DNA of 64,000 nucleotides, taken from positions 425,506,001 to 425,570,000 of the forward strand of contig OZ024740.1 in the NCBI GenBank assembly GCA_964016885.1. The letters are read 5' to 3'. The DNA is from Eledone cirrhosa (lineage: Eukaryota). Below are positions 11,618 to 26,600 of the stretch, piece by piece. The notes under the pieces were generated by a model that did not search any database, was not told where the DNA came from, and worked only from the letters and a program-made list of their open reading frames with translations. Every line of letters begins with the position of its first letter. Position 1 is the first letter of the stretch. Made by a program: the position numbers and the translations under genes.

Positions 11618-14600
11618 TAGTTACCGCTAAATCATATAATATCATCTTCGTTACCGCTAAATTTTATAATTTTATTTTAGTTAAGGCTAAATTATATAAT
11701 TTTATTTTAGTTACCGCTATATTATATTTAATTTAGTTACTGCTAAATCATATTTATTTTAGTTACCACTAAATTATATAATTTTATTTTAGTTACCGCT
11801 AAATAACATAATTTTATTTTAATTACCGCTAAATTATATTTATTTTAATTACCGCTATAATATCATTTTAGTTACCGCTAAATTATATAATTTCATTTTA
11901 GTTACCGCTAAATTATATAATTTTATTTTAGTAACCGCTAAATTATATAATTTCATTTTAGTTACCGCTAAATTAGATGATTTTCTTTTAGTTACGGCTA
12001 AATTATATAATTTTATTTTAGTTACCGATAAATTGTATTTATTTTAGTTACTGCTAAATCATATTTATTTTTCTTACCCCTAAATTATATAATTTTATTT
12101 TAGTTTCCACTAAATTATATTTATTTTAGTTACCGCTAAATTATATAATATAATTTTAGTTACCCCTCAATTATAATTTCATTTTATTTACCGCTATATT
12201 ATATGATTTTATATTGGTTAGGGCTAAATTATATAATTTTATTTAAGTTACCACTAAATTATATATATTTCAGTTAGTGCTAAATCATATTTGATTTAGT
12301 TACCGCTAAATTATATAATATCATTTTAGATACCACCAAATTATGTAATTTCATTTTAGTTAAGTTACCGCTAAATTAAATAATTTTATTTCAGTTACCG
12401 CTAAATTACATGATTATATTTTAGTTACGGCTAAATTATATAATTTTATTTTAGTTACCACAAATTATATTTATTTTAGTTACTGATAAATTATATAATC
12501 TTATTTTAGTTACAGCTAAATTAAATTTATTTTAGTTACTGCGAAATTATATAATTATATTTTAGTTAGCGCTTAATTATATAATTTTATTTTAGTTACC
12601 ACTAAATTATATTTAATTTAGTTACCGCTAAGTTATATAATATCATTTTAGTTAAAACTAACTTTATAATTTCATTTTTGTTACCGCTAAATTATAAGAT
12701 TTCATTTTAGTTACGGCTAAATTATATAATTTTATTTTAGTTACCGCTAAATTATATATATTTTAGATACAGCTAAATTATATTTATTTTGGTTACTGCT
12801 AAATTATATAATTTTATTTTAGTTACCGCTAAATTATATAATTTTGTTTTAGTTACCGCTAAATTATATTTATTTTAGTTACCGCTAAATTATATAATTT
12901 CATTTTAGTTACCGCTAAATTATAAGATTTTATTTTAGTTACGGCAAAATTATATAATTTAATTTTACTTACCGATAAATTATATATATTTTAGTTACTG
13001 CTAAATCATATTTGATTTAGTTACCGCTAAATTATATAACTTTATTTTAGTTAGCACTAAATTTTTTTTTTGTTTTTTTAATCGCTAAATTATATAATTT
13101 TATTTTAGTTACAGCTAAATTATATTTATTTTACTTACCGCTAAATTATATAATATAAATTAGGTTACCGCTGAATTATATAATTTTATTTTAGTTACTG
13201 CTAAATAATATAATTATATTTTAGTTACCACTAAATTATATAATTATATTTTAATTACCGCTAAATTATATTTATTTTAGTTACCGCTAAATTATATAAT
13301 ATTATTTCATTTACCACTAAATTATATTTATTTTGGTTACCCCTATATTATATAATATCATTTTAGTTACTGCTAAATTATATAATTTCATTTTAGTTAA
13401 TGGCTAAATTATATGATTTTATTTTAGATACGGCTGAATAAATAATTTTATTTTAGTAACCGTTAAATTATATAATTTTATTTTAGTTACCATAAATTAT
13501 ATTTATTTTAGTTGCCACTAAATTATATGATATCATTTTAGTTACCGCTAAATTATATAATTACATTTTAGTTACCGCTATATTATAGGATTTAATTTTA
13601 GTTACCGCTAAATTATATTTATTTTAGTTACTGCTAAATTATATAATTTTATTTTAGTTACAGCTAAATAAGATTTATTTTAGTTAGTGCTAAATTATAT
13701 AAATTCATTTTAGTTACCGCTAAATTATATTTATTTAAGTTACCGATAAATTACATAATTTTCTTTTGGTTACTGCTAAATTATATGATTTTATTTTAGT
13801 TACCGCTAAATTACTAAATTATATTTATTTTAGTTACGGCTAAATTATATATCATTTTAGTTATCGCTAAATTAGATAATTTCATTTTAGTTACCTCTAA
13901 ATGATATTTACATGTATTGGTTTCCCCGAAATTATATTTACGTATATTGGTTTCCCCGAAATTATATAATTTTATTTTAGTTACCGCTAAATTATATTAT
14001 TTTATTTTATTTACCGCTGAATTATATAATATCATTTTAGTTACCGCTAAATTAGATAATTTCATTTTAGTTACCTCTAAATCATATATATTTTAGTTAC
14101 CGCTAATTATATAATATAATTTTAGTTACAGCTAAATTATATAATTTCATTTTAGTTACCGCTAAAGTAAATAATTTTATTTCAGTTACCGCTAAATAAT
14201 ATAATTTTATTTTAGTTACCGCTAAATTATATAATTCTAACTTAATTACCGTTAAATTATATAATTATATTTTAGTCACAGCTAAATTGTATTTATTTTA
14301 GTTACCGCTAAATAATATAATATCATTTTAATTGCGGCTAAATTATATTTATTTTAGTTACCGCTAAATTATATAATATCATTTCATTTACCACTGAATT
14401 ATATTTATTTTAGTTACCTCTAAATTATATAGTTTTATTTTAGTAACCGCTAAATTATATAATTTTATTTTTAATATCGCTAAATTATATAATTTTATTT
14501 TAGTTACCGCTAAATTATATAATTTTATTTTGTTTACCGCTAAATTATATTTATTTTAGTTACTGCTAAATCATATTTATTTTAGTTACCGCTTAATTAT

Positions 14601-17600
14601 ACTCATTTTAGTTACCGTTAAATTTTATAATTTTATTTCAGTTAACGCTAAATTATATAATTTTATCTAAATTACCGCTAAATTATATTTATTTTAGTTA
14701 CTGCTAAATTATATAATTTTATTTTAGTTACAGCTAAATTAGATTTATTTTAGTTAGTGCTAAATTATATAATTTTATTTTAGTTACCGCTAAATTACAT
14801 AATTTTATTTTAGTTACAGCTAAATTATCTAATTTTATTTTAATTACCGCTAAATTACTAAATTATATTTGGTTTAGTTACGGCTAAATAACATAATTTT
14901 ATTTTAATTACCGCTAAATTATATAATTTTATATTAGTCACCACTAAATTATGTAATTTTATTTTAGTTACAGCTAAATTATATTTATTTTAGTTACTAC
15001 TAAATTATGTAATTTTATTTTAGTTATCGCTAATTATATATTTTTATTTTAGCTAACGCTAAATTATATAATTTTATTTTAGTTACCACTAAATCATATT
15101 TATTTTAGTTTCCGCTAAATTATATTATATCATTTTAGTTACCGGTATATTGTATAATTTCATTTAATTACCGCTAAATTATATGATTTTATTTCAGTTA
15201 CGCCTAAATTATATACTTTTATTTTAGTTAACGCTAAATTATATAATATTATGTTAGTTACCGCTAAATTATATTTATTTTAGTTACCGCTTAAATATAT
15301 AATTTTATTTTAGTTACCGCTAAATTATATAATGGTATTTTGGTTAGCGCTTAATTATATTTATTTTAGTTACCGCTAAATTATATAATTTTATTTTTGT
15401 TACCGCTAAATTATATTTATGTTAGTTACTGCTAAATTATATAATTTCATTTTAGTTACCGCTAAATAATAATTATTTTAGCTACTGCTAAATCTTATTT
15501 ATTTTAGTTACCGCTAAATTATATAATATCAATTTAGTTACCGCTAAATTAGATAATTTCAATTTAGTTACCTCTAAATCATATTTATATTGGTTTCCCC
15601 GAAATTATATAATTTTATTTTAGGTACCGCTAAATTATATAATTTTTATTTTAGTAACCGCTAAATTATATAATTTTATTTTAGTTGCCGCTGAGTTATA
15701 TAATTTCATTTCACTTACCGCTAAATTATATTTATTTTAGTCTCTGCTAGATCATATTTATTTTAGTTACCGCTTAATTATACTTATTTTAGTTACCGCT
15801 AATTTTCATAATTTTATTTAAGTTAACGCTAAATTATATAATTTTATTTTAATTACAGCTAAATTATATTTATTTTAGTTACCGCTAAATTATATAATTC
15901 TATTTTAGTTACCGCTTAATTATATAATTTTATTTTAGTTAACACTAAATTCTATAATTTTATTTTTGTTATCGCTAATTATATTTATTTTAGTTACCGC
16001 TAAATTATATAATATTATTTCATTTACCACTAAATTATATTTATTTTGGTTACCCATATATAATATAATATCATTTTAGTTACTGCTAAATTATATAATT
16101 TCATTTTAGTTACCGCTAAATTATATGATTTTATTTTAGATACGGCTAAATATATAATTTTATTTTAGTAACCGTTAAATTATATAATTTTATTTTAGTT
16201 ACCATAAATTATATTTATTTTAGTTACCGCTAAATTATATAATATCATTTTAGTTACCGCTAAATTATATAATTTCATTTTAGTTACCGCTATATTATAG
16301 GATTTTATTTTAGTTACCGCTAAATTATATAATTTTATTTTAATTACCGCTAAATTATATTTATTTTAGTTACTGCTAAGTTATATATTTTTATTTTAGT
16401 TACAGCTAAATAAGATTTATTTTAGTTAGTGCTAAATTATATAAATTCATTTTAGTTACCGCTAAATTATATTTATTTAAGTTACCGATAAATTACATAA
16501 TTTTCTTTTGGTTACTGCTAAATTATATGATTTTATTTTAGTTACCGCTAAATTACTAAATTATATTTATTTTAGTTACGGCTAAATTATATAATATCAT
16601 TTTAGTTATCGCTAAATTAGATAATTTCATTTTAGTTACCTCTAAATCATATTTACATGTATTGGTTTTTCCCGAAATTATATTTACGTATATTGGTTTC
16701 CCCGAAATTATATAATTTTATTTTAGTTACAGCTAAATTATATTATTTTATTTTATTTACCGCTGAATTATATAATATCATTTTAGTTACCGCTAAATTA
16801 GATAATTTCATTTTAGTTACCTCTAAATCATATATATTTTAGTTACTGCAAAATTATATAGTTTTATTTTAGTTACAGCTAAATTAGATTTATTTTAGTT
16901 AGTGCTAAATTATATAATTTCATTTTAGTTAGTGCTAAATTATATAATTTTATATTAGTTACCGCTAAATTACTCAATTATATTTATGTTAGTTACGGCT
17001 AAATTATATAATTTTATTTTAATTACCGATAAAATATATTTATTTTAGTGACCGCTAAATTATATAATTTTATTTTAGTTACTGCTAAAGTATATAATTT
17101 TATATCAGTTACCGCTAAATTATATTATTTTATTTTAGTTACCGCAAAATTATATAATTCTAACTTAATTACCGCTAAATTCTATTTATTTTATTTACCG
17201 CTAAATTATATAATTTTATTTTAGTTAACACTAAATTCTATAATTTTATTTTAGTTATCGCTAATTATATAATTTTATATTAGTTACCGCTAAACTATAT
17301 TTATTTCAGTTACAGCTAAATTATATAATTTCATTTGAGGTTACAGCTAAATTATATGATTTTATTTTATTTACGGTAAAATTATATAATTTAATTTAAT
17401 TTACCGCTAAATTATATTTATTTTAGTTACTGCTAAATCATATTTATTTTTGTTACCGCTAATTTATATAATTTTATTTTAGTTATCCCTAAATTATATA
17501 ATTTTATTTTAGTTACCTCTAAATTATATTTATTGTAGTTACCTGTAAATTATATAATATCATTTTAGTTACCGCTAACATATATAATTTTATTTTAGCT

Positions 17601-20600
17601 ACCGCTAAATTATATAATAACATTTTAGTTACCGCTAAATTATATAATATAATTTTAGTTACAGCTAAATTATATAATTTCATTTTAGTTACCGCTAAAG
17701 TAAATAATTTTATTTCAGTTACCGTTAAATAATATAATTTTATTTTAGTTACCGCTAACTTATATAATTCTAACTTAATTACCGCTAAATTATATAATTA
17801 TATTTTAGTCACAGCTAAATTGTATTTATTATAGTTACCGCTATTTAATATAATATTATTTTAATTGCGGCTAAATTATATTTATTTTAGTTACCGCTAA
17901 ATTATATAATATCATTTCATTTACCACTGAATTATATTTATTTTAGTTACCTCTAAATTATATAGTTTTATTTTAGTAACCGCTAAATTATATAATTTTA
18001 TTTTTAATATCGCTAAATTATATAATTTTATTTTAGTTACCGCTAAATTATATAATTTTATTTTAGTTATCGCTAATTATATAATTTTATATTAGTTACC
18101 GCTAAACTATATTTATTTCAGTTACAGCTAAATTATATAATTTCATTTGAGGTTGCAGCAAATTATATGATTTTATTTTATTTACGGTAAAATTATATAA
18201 TTTTATTATAGTTACCGCTAAATAATATTTATTTTAGTTACTGCTAAATCATATTTATTTTAGTTAGAGCTAAATTATATAAGCTCATTTTACTTACCGC
18301 TAAATTATATTTATTTTAGTTACTGCTAAATCATATTTATTTTAGTTACCGCTAAATTATATAATCCCATTTTAGTTACCGCTAAATTATATAATTTCAT
18401 TTTATTTACCTCTAAATTATATTTATTTTTGTTAACGCTAAATTATATAATTTTTATTTTAGTTACCGCTAAATTATTTATTTTATTTTAGTTGCCGCTA
18501 AGTTATAAAATTTCATTTCAGTTACCGCTAAATTATATTTATTTTAGTTACTGCTAAATCATATTTATTTTAGTCACCGCTTAATTATACTCATTTTAGT
18601 TACCGTTAAATTTTATAATTGTATTTCAGTTAACTCTAAATTATATAATTTTATCTAAATTACCGCTAAATTATATTTATTTTAGTTACTGCTAAATTAT
18701 ATAATTTTATTTTAGTTACAGCTAAATTATCTAATTTTATTTTAGTTACCGCTAAATTACATAATTTTTTTTTAGTTACAGCTAAATTATCTAATTTTAT
18801 TTTAGTTACCGCTAAATTACTAAATTATATTTATTTTAGTTACGGCTAAATAACATAATTTTATTTTAATTACCGCTAAATTATATAATTTTATATTAGT
18901 TACCACTAAATTATATAATTTTATTTTAGTTACAGCTAAATTATATTTATTTTAGTTACTACTAAATTATGTAATTTTATTTTAGTTATCGCTAATTATA
19001 TATTTTTAATTTAGCTAACGCTAAATTATATAATTTTATTTTAGTTACCGCTAAAATATATTTATTTTAGTTACCGCTAAATTATATAATTTTATTTTAG
19101 TTACCACTAAATCATATTTATTTAAGTTTCCGCTAAATTATATAATATCATTTTAGTTACCGGTATATTGTATAATTTCATTTAATTACCGCTAAATTAT
19201 ATGATTTTATTTCAGTTATGCCTAAATTATATAATTTTATTTTAGTTAGCGCTAAATTATATAATATTATGTAAGTTAGTTACCTCTAAATTATATTTAT
19301 TTTAGTTACCGCTTAAATATATAAATTTATTTTAGTTACCGCTAAATTATATAATGGTATTTTGGTTAGCGCTTAATTATATTTATTCTAGTTACCGCTA
19401 AATTAAATAATTTCATTTTAGTTACCGCTAAATTATATAATATCAATTTAGTTAACGCTAAATTAGATAATTTCAATTTAGTTACCTCTAAATCATATTT
19501 ATATTGGTTTCCCCGAAATTATATAATTTTATTTTAGGTACCGCTAAATTATATAATTTTATTTTATTTACCTCTATATTATATTTATTTTAGTTTCTAC
19601 TAAATCAGTTATGTTAGATACCGCTAAATTATATAATTTTTATTTTAGTAACAGCTAAATTATATAATTTTATTTTAGTTGCCGCTAAGTTATATAATTT
19701 CATTTCACTTACCGCTAAATTATATTTATTTTAGTCTCTGCTAGATCATATTTATTTTAGTTACCGCTTAATTATACTTATTTTAGTTACCGCTAAATTT
19801 CATAATTTTATTTAAGTTAACGCTAAATTATATAATTTTATTTTAATTACAGCTAAATTATATTTATTTTAGTTACCGCTAAATTATATAATTCTATTTT
19901 AGTTACCGCTTATTTATATAATTTATTTTAGTTAACACTAAATTCTATAATTTTATTTTAGTTATCGCTAATTATATATTTTTATTTTAGTTACCTCTAA
20001 ATTATATAATTTCATTCTAGTCACCGCTAAACTATATTTATTTTAGTTACCGTTAAATTATAAATTTTTATTTTAGTTACCGCTAAATTATATAATTTCA
20101 TTTGAGATAGGGTTAAATTGTATTATTTAATTTTATAATTTTATTTTAGTTACCGCTAAATTTTATTTATTTAAGTTACTGCTAAACCATATTTATTTTT
20201 GTTACCGCAATTTATATAATTTCATTTCAGTTAGCGCTAAATTATATAATTTTATTTTAGTTACCGCTAAATTATATTCATTGTAGTTAGCTGTAAATTT
20301 TATAATATCATTTTAGTTACCGCTAACATATATAATTTTATTTTAGCTAGCGCTTAATTATATAATTTTTTTTAGTTACCGCTAAATTATATTTATTTTT
20401 GTTACCGCTAAATTATATAATTTTATTTTAGTTACCACTAAATTATATGAATTTTGTTTTAATTACCGCTAAATTATATAATTTTATTTTAATTATCGCT
20501 AAATTATATTTACTTTAATTACTGCTAAATCATATTTAATTCAGTTACCGCTAAAATATATAATTTTATTTTAGTTATCCACTAAATTATATTTAATTTA

Positions 20601-23600
20601 GAAACTGGTAAATTATATAATACCATTTTTGTTACCGCTAAATTATATAATTTTATTTCACATAACGCTAAATTATATAATTTTATTTTAGTTACCGCTA
20701 AATTATATTATTTTATTTTAGTTACCGCTAAATTATATAATTTTAACTTAATTGCCGCTAAATTATATTTATTTTATTTACCGCTAAATTATATAATTTT
20801 ATTTTAGTTACCGCTAAATTATATAATTTCATTTTAATTACCGCTAAATTATATTTATTTTAGTTACCGCTAAATTATATAATTTTCTTTTAGTTACCGC
20901 TAAATTATATAATTTTATTTTATTATCGCTAAATTATATAATTTTATTTTAGTTACCGCTAAATTATATAATATCATTTTAGTTACCGCTAAATTAGATA
21001 ATTTCATTTTAGTTACCTCTAAATCATATTTATATTGGTTTCCCAGAAATTATATAATTTTATTTTAGTTACCGCTAAATTATATATTTTTATTTTATTT
21101 ACCGCTGAATTATATTTTTTTGGTTACTGCTAAATCATATTTATTTTAGTTACCGCTAAATTATATAATATCATTTTAGTTACCGCTAAATTATATAATT
21201 TCATTGTATTTACCTCTAGATTATATTTATTTTTGTTACCGCTAAATTATATAATTCTATTTTTGTTGCCGCTAAGTTATATAATTTCATTTCAGTTACC
21301 GCTAAATTATATTTATTTTAGTTACTGCTAAATCATATTTATTTACTTACCGGTAAATTTTATAACAGTCAACGCTAAATTATATAATATTATTTTAAAT
21401 ATCGCTAAATTATATTTATTTTATTACTGCTGAATTATATAATTTTATTTTAGTTACAGCTAAACTATATTTATTTTAGTTACCGCTAACTTATATAATT
21501 TTATGTTAGTTACCACTAAATCATATTTATTTTAGTTGTCGCTAAATTATATAATATCATTTTAGTTACCGGTATATTGTATAATTTCATTTAATTACCG
21601 ATAAATTATATGATTTTATTTTAGTCACGGCTAAATTATATAATTTTATTTTAGTTAACGCTAAATTATATAATTTCATTTTAATTACCGCTAAATTATA
21701 TTTATTTTAGTTACTGCTAAATCATATTTATTTTAGTTACCGCTAAATTATATAATATGAATTTAGTTACCGTTAAATTACATAATTTTATTTTAGTAAC
21801 CGTTAAAATTATATAATCTTATTTTTGTTACCGGTAAATTATATTTATTTTAGTTAGCGTTAAATTATATAATTTCGTTTTAGTTACCGCTAATTAATAA
21901 TTATTTTAGCTACTGCTAAATGATATTTATTTTAGTTACCGCTAAATTATATAATATCAATTTAGTTACCGCTAAATTACATAATTTCATTTTAGTTAAC
22001 TCTAAATCTTATTTATATTGGTTTCCCCGAAATTATACAATTTTATTTTAGTTACCGCTATATTATATAATTTTATTTTATTTACCGCTAAATTATATTT
22101 ATGTTAGTTACTGCTAAATCATATTTATTTTAGTTATCGCTAATTATAAAGTTTTATTTTAGTTACCGAAAAATTATATAATTTTATTTTAGTTATTGCT
22201 AAATTATATAATTTTAGTTACCGCTAAATTATATTCTTTGTAGTTACCTGTAAATTATAAAATATCATTTTATTTAACGCTAACATATATCATTTTATTT
22301 TTAGGCTACTGTTAAATTATGTAATTTTTTTTATTTACCGCTAAATTATATTTATTTTTGTTACCGCTGAATTATATAATTGTGTTTCAGTTACCACTAA
22401 ATTATATTTATTTAATTACCTCTAAATTATATAATATTATTTTAGTTACCGCTAAATTATATTAATTTTAGTTAGCGCTAAATTATATAATTTTATTTTA
22501 GTTATCGCTAAATTATATAATGTTATTTTAGTTACCGCTAAATTATATAATTTCATTTGAGTTACAGCTAGCTTATATGATTTGATTTTATTTGCGGAAA
22601 ATTATATTATATTTTAGTTACCGCTAAATTTTATTTATTTTATTTAATGCTAAATTATATTTATTTTTATTATCGCTATGTATATAATTTCATTTTAGTT
22701 ATCGCTAAATTATATAATTTTATTTTGGTTACCTCTAAATAATATTCATTGTAGTTACCTGTAAATTATATAATATCATTTTAGTTACGCTAACATATAT
22801 AATTTTATTTTAGCTACCGCTAAATGATATAATTTATTTTCAGTAACCGATAAACGATAAATTATATTTATTTTAGTTACCGCTAAATTATATAATTTTA
22901 TTTTAGTTACCACTATATTATATCAATTTTATTTTAATTACCTTTAAATTATATATTATTTTAGTTACCGCTAAATCATATTAATTTTAATTACTGCTAA
23001 ATCATATTTAATTTAGTTATCGCTGAACTATATAATTTTATTTTAGTTATCGCTAAATTATATAATGTGATTTTAGTTACCGCTAAATTATATAATATTA
23101 TTTTAGTTATCCACTAAATTATATTTAATTTAGTAACCGGTAAAATATATAATACCATTCTAGTTACCGCTATATTATACAATTTTATTTCATTACCGCT
23201 AAATTATATAATTTTATTTTGGTTACCGCTAAATTATATAATTCTAACTTAATTACCGCTAAATTATATTTATTTTCTTTACCACTAAATTATATAATTT
23301 TATTTTAGTTACCGCTAAATTATATTTATTTTAGTTACCGCTAAATTATATAATATCATTTCATTTACCACTGAATCATATTTATTTTAGTTACCGCTAA
23401 ATTATACAATTTTGTTTTAGTTACCGCTAAATTATATAATTTTATTTTAGTTACCGCTAAATCATATTGATATTGGTTTCCCCGAATTTATATTATTTTA
23501 TTTTAGTTACCGCTAAATTATATAATTTTATTTTATTTACCGCTAAATTATATTTATTTTAGTTACTCCTAAATCATATATATTTTAGTTACCGCTAAAT

Positions 23601-26600
23601 TTTATAATTTTGTTTTAGTTAACGCAAATTATATATTTTTATTTTAATTACCGCTAAATTATATTTATTTTATTACTGCTAAATTATATAATTTTATTTT
23701 AGTTACCGCTAAATTATAGAATTTTATTTTAGTTACAACTAAATCATATTTACTTTAGTTGCCGCTAAATTATATAATGTTATTTTGGTTACAGCTTAAT
23801 AATATTTATTTTAGTTACCGCTAAATTATATAATATCATTTTACTTACCGCTAAATTACATAATTTTATTTTAGTTACCGCTAAATTATATTATTTTATT
23901 TTTGTTACCACTAAATTATATTAATTTTAGTTACCGTTAAATTATATAATTTCATTTTAGTTACCGCTAAATAATAATTATTTTAGCTACTACTAAATCA
24001 TATTTATTTTAGTTACCGCTAAATTATATAATATCAATTTAGTTACCGCTAAATTAGATAATTTCATTTAATTAACTCTTAATCATTTTTATATTTGTTT
24101 CCCCGAAATTATATAATTTTATTTTAGTTACCGCTAAATTATATAATTTTATTTTATTTAGCGCTAAATTATATTTATTTTAGTTACTGCTAAATCATAT
24201 TCATTTTAGTTACCTCTAAATTATATAATTTTTATTTTAGTTACCGCTAAATTATATAATTTTATTTTATTTACCTCTAAATTATATTTATTTTAGTTAC
24301 CGCTAAATTATATAATTTTATTTTCGTTGCCGCTAAGTTATATAATTTCATTTCAGTTACCGCTAAATTATATTTATTTTAGTTACTGCTAAATCATATT
24401 TATTTTAGTTACCGCTTAATTATACTTATTTTCGTTACCGCTAAATTTTATAATTTTATTTTAGTTAACGCTAAATTATATAATTTTATTTTAATTACAG
24501 CTAAATTACACGTATATTTATTTTAGTTACTGCTAAATTATATTTATTTTAGTTACCGCTAAATTATATAATTTTATTGTAGTTACTGCTAAATTATATA
24601 ATTTTATATTAGTTACCGCCAAATTACTAAATTATATTTATGTTTGTTACGGCTAAATTATATAATTTTATTTTAATTACCGATGAATTATATTTATTTT
24701 AGTTATCCGCTAAATTATATAATCTTATTTTAGTTACCGCCAACCTATATTTATTTTAGTTACCGCTAAATTATATAATTTTATTTTAGTTCCCGCTAAA
24801 TTATATAAGCTCATTTTAGTTACCGCTAAATTATATTTATTTTAGTTACTGCTAAATCATATTTATTTTAGTTGCCGCTAAATTATATAATTTCATTTTA
24901 GTTACCGCTATATTATATGATTTTGTTTTAGTTACTGCTAAATTATATAATTTATTTTAGTTAACGCTTAATTATATAATTTCATTTTAGTTACCGCTAA
25001 ATTATATTTATTTTTGTTACGGCTAAATTATATAATTTTATTTTAGTTACCGCTAAGTTATATAATTTTATTTTACTTAACGCAAATTATATAATTTTAT
25101 TTTAATTACCGCTAAATTATATTTATTTCATATATGCTAAATTATATAATTTTATTTTCGTTACCGCTAAATTAAATAATTTTATTTTAGTTACCACTAA
25201 ATCATATTTATTTTAGTTGCCGCTAAATTATATAATATTATTTTAGTTACCGGTATATTGTATAATTCCATTTAATTACCGCTCAATAATATGATTTTAT
25301 CTTAATTACGACTAAATTATATAATTTTAAATTAGTTACTGCTAATTATATAATTTTATGTTAGTTACCGCTAAATTATATTTAATTTAGCTACTGCTAA
25401 ATCATATTTATTTTAGTTACAGCTTAATTATATAATTTTATTTTAGTTAACGCTAAATTATATTTATTTTAGTTACTGCTAAATCATATTTATTTTAGTT
25501 CCCGCTAAATCATATAATTTCATTTTAGTTACCGCTATATTATAGGATTTTGTTGTAGTTACTGCTAAATTATATAATTTCTTTTAGTTACCGCTTAATT
25601 ATATAATTTCATTTTAGTTACCGCCAAATTATATAATGTCATTTCAATTACCGCTAAATTATATTTATTTTAGTTACCGCTAAATTATATAATATCATTT
25701 TAGTTACCGCTAAATTATATTTATTATTGTTACGTCTAAATTATATAATTATTATTTTAGTTACCGCTAAATCATATAATTTTATTTTAGTTACCGCTAA
25801 GTTATATAATTTCATTTTAGTTGGCGCTTAATTATATTTATTTTATTTTAGTTACAGGTAAATTATATTTACTTTAGTTACTGCTAAATTATATAATTTT
25901 ATTTTAGTTACCGCTAAATTATATAATTTTATTTTAGTTACCGCTAAATTATATTTATTTTAGTTACGGCTAAATTATATAATTTTATTTCAATTACCGC
26001 TAAATTAGACTTATTTTAGTTACCTCTAAATTATATAATTTTATTTTATTTATGGCTAAATTATATAATTTTATCTTAATTACCGCTAAATTATATTTAT
26101 TTTAGTTACTGTTAAATTATATAATTTTATTTTAGTTACAGCTAAATTATATTTGTTTTAGTTACTCCTAAATTATATAATTTTCATTTTAGTTACCGCT
26201 AAATTATATTTATTTTAGTTACTGCTAAATCATATTTATTTTAGTTACCGCTAAGTTACATAATTTTATTTTAGTTACCGCTAAATTATATAATTTTATT
26301 TTTATTACCGCTAAATTATATTTATTTTAGTTACCGCTAGATTATATAATTTCGTTTTAGTTACCGCTACATTCTATTTATTTTTGTTAACGCTAAATTA
26401 TATAATTTTTATTTTAGTTACCGCTAAATTATATAATATCATTTTACTTACCGCTAAATTACATAATTTTATTTTAGTTACCGCTAAATTATATAATTAC
26501 ATTTTATTTACCTCTAAATTATATTTATTTTTATTACCGCTAAATTATATAATTTTTAGTTTAGTTACCGCTAAATTATATAATTTTAATTTAGTTGCCG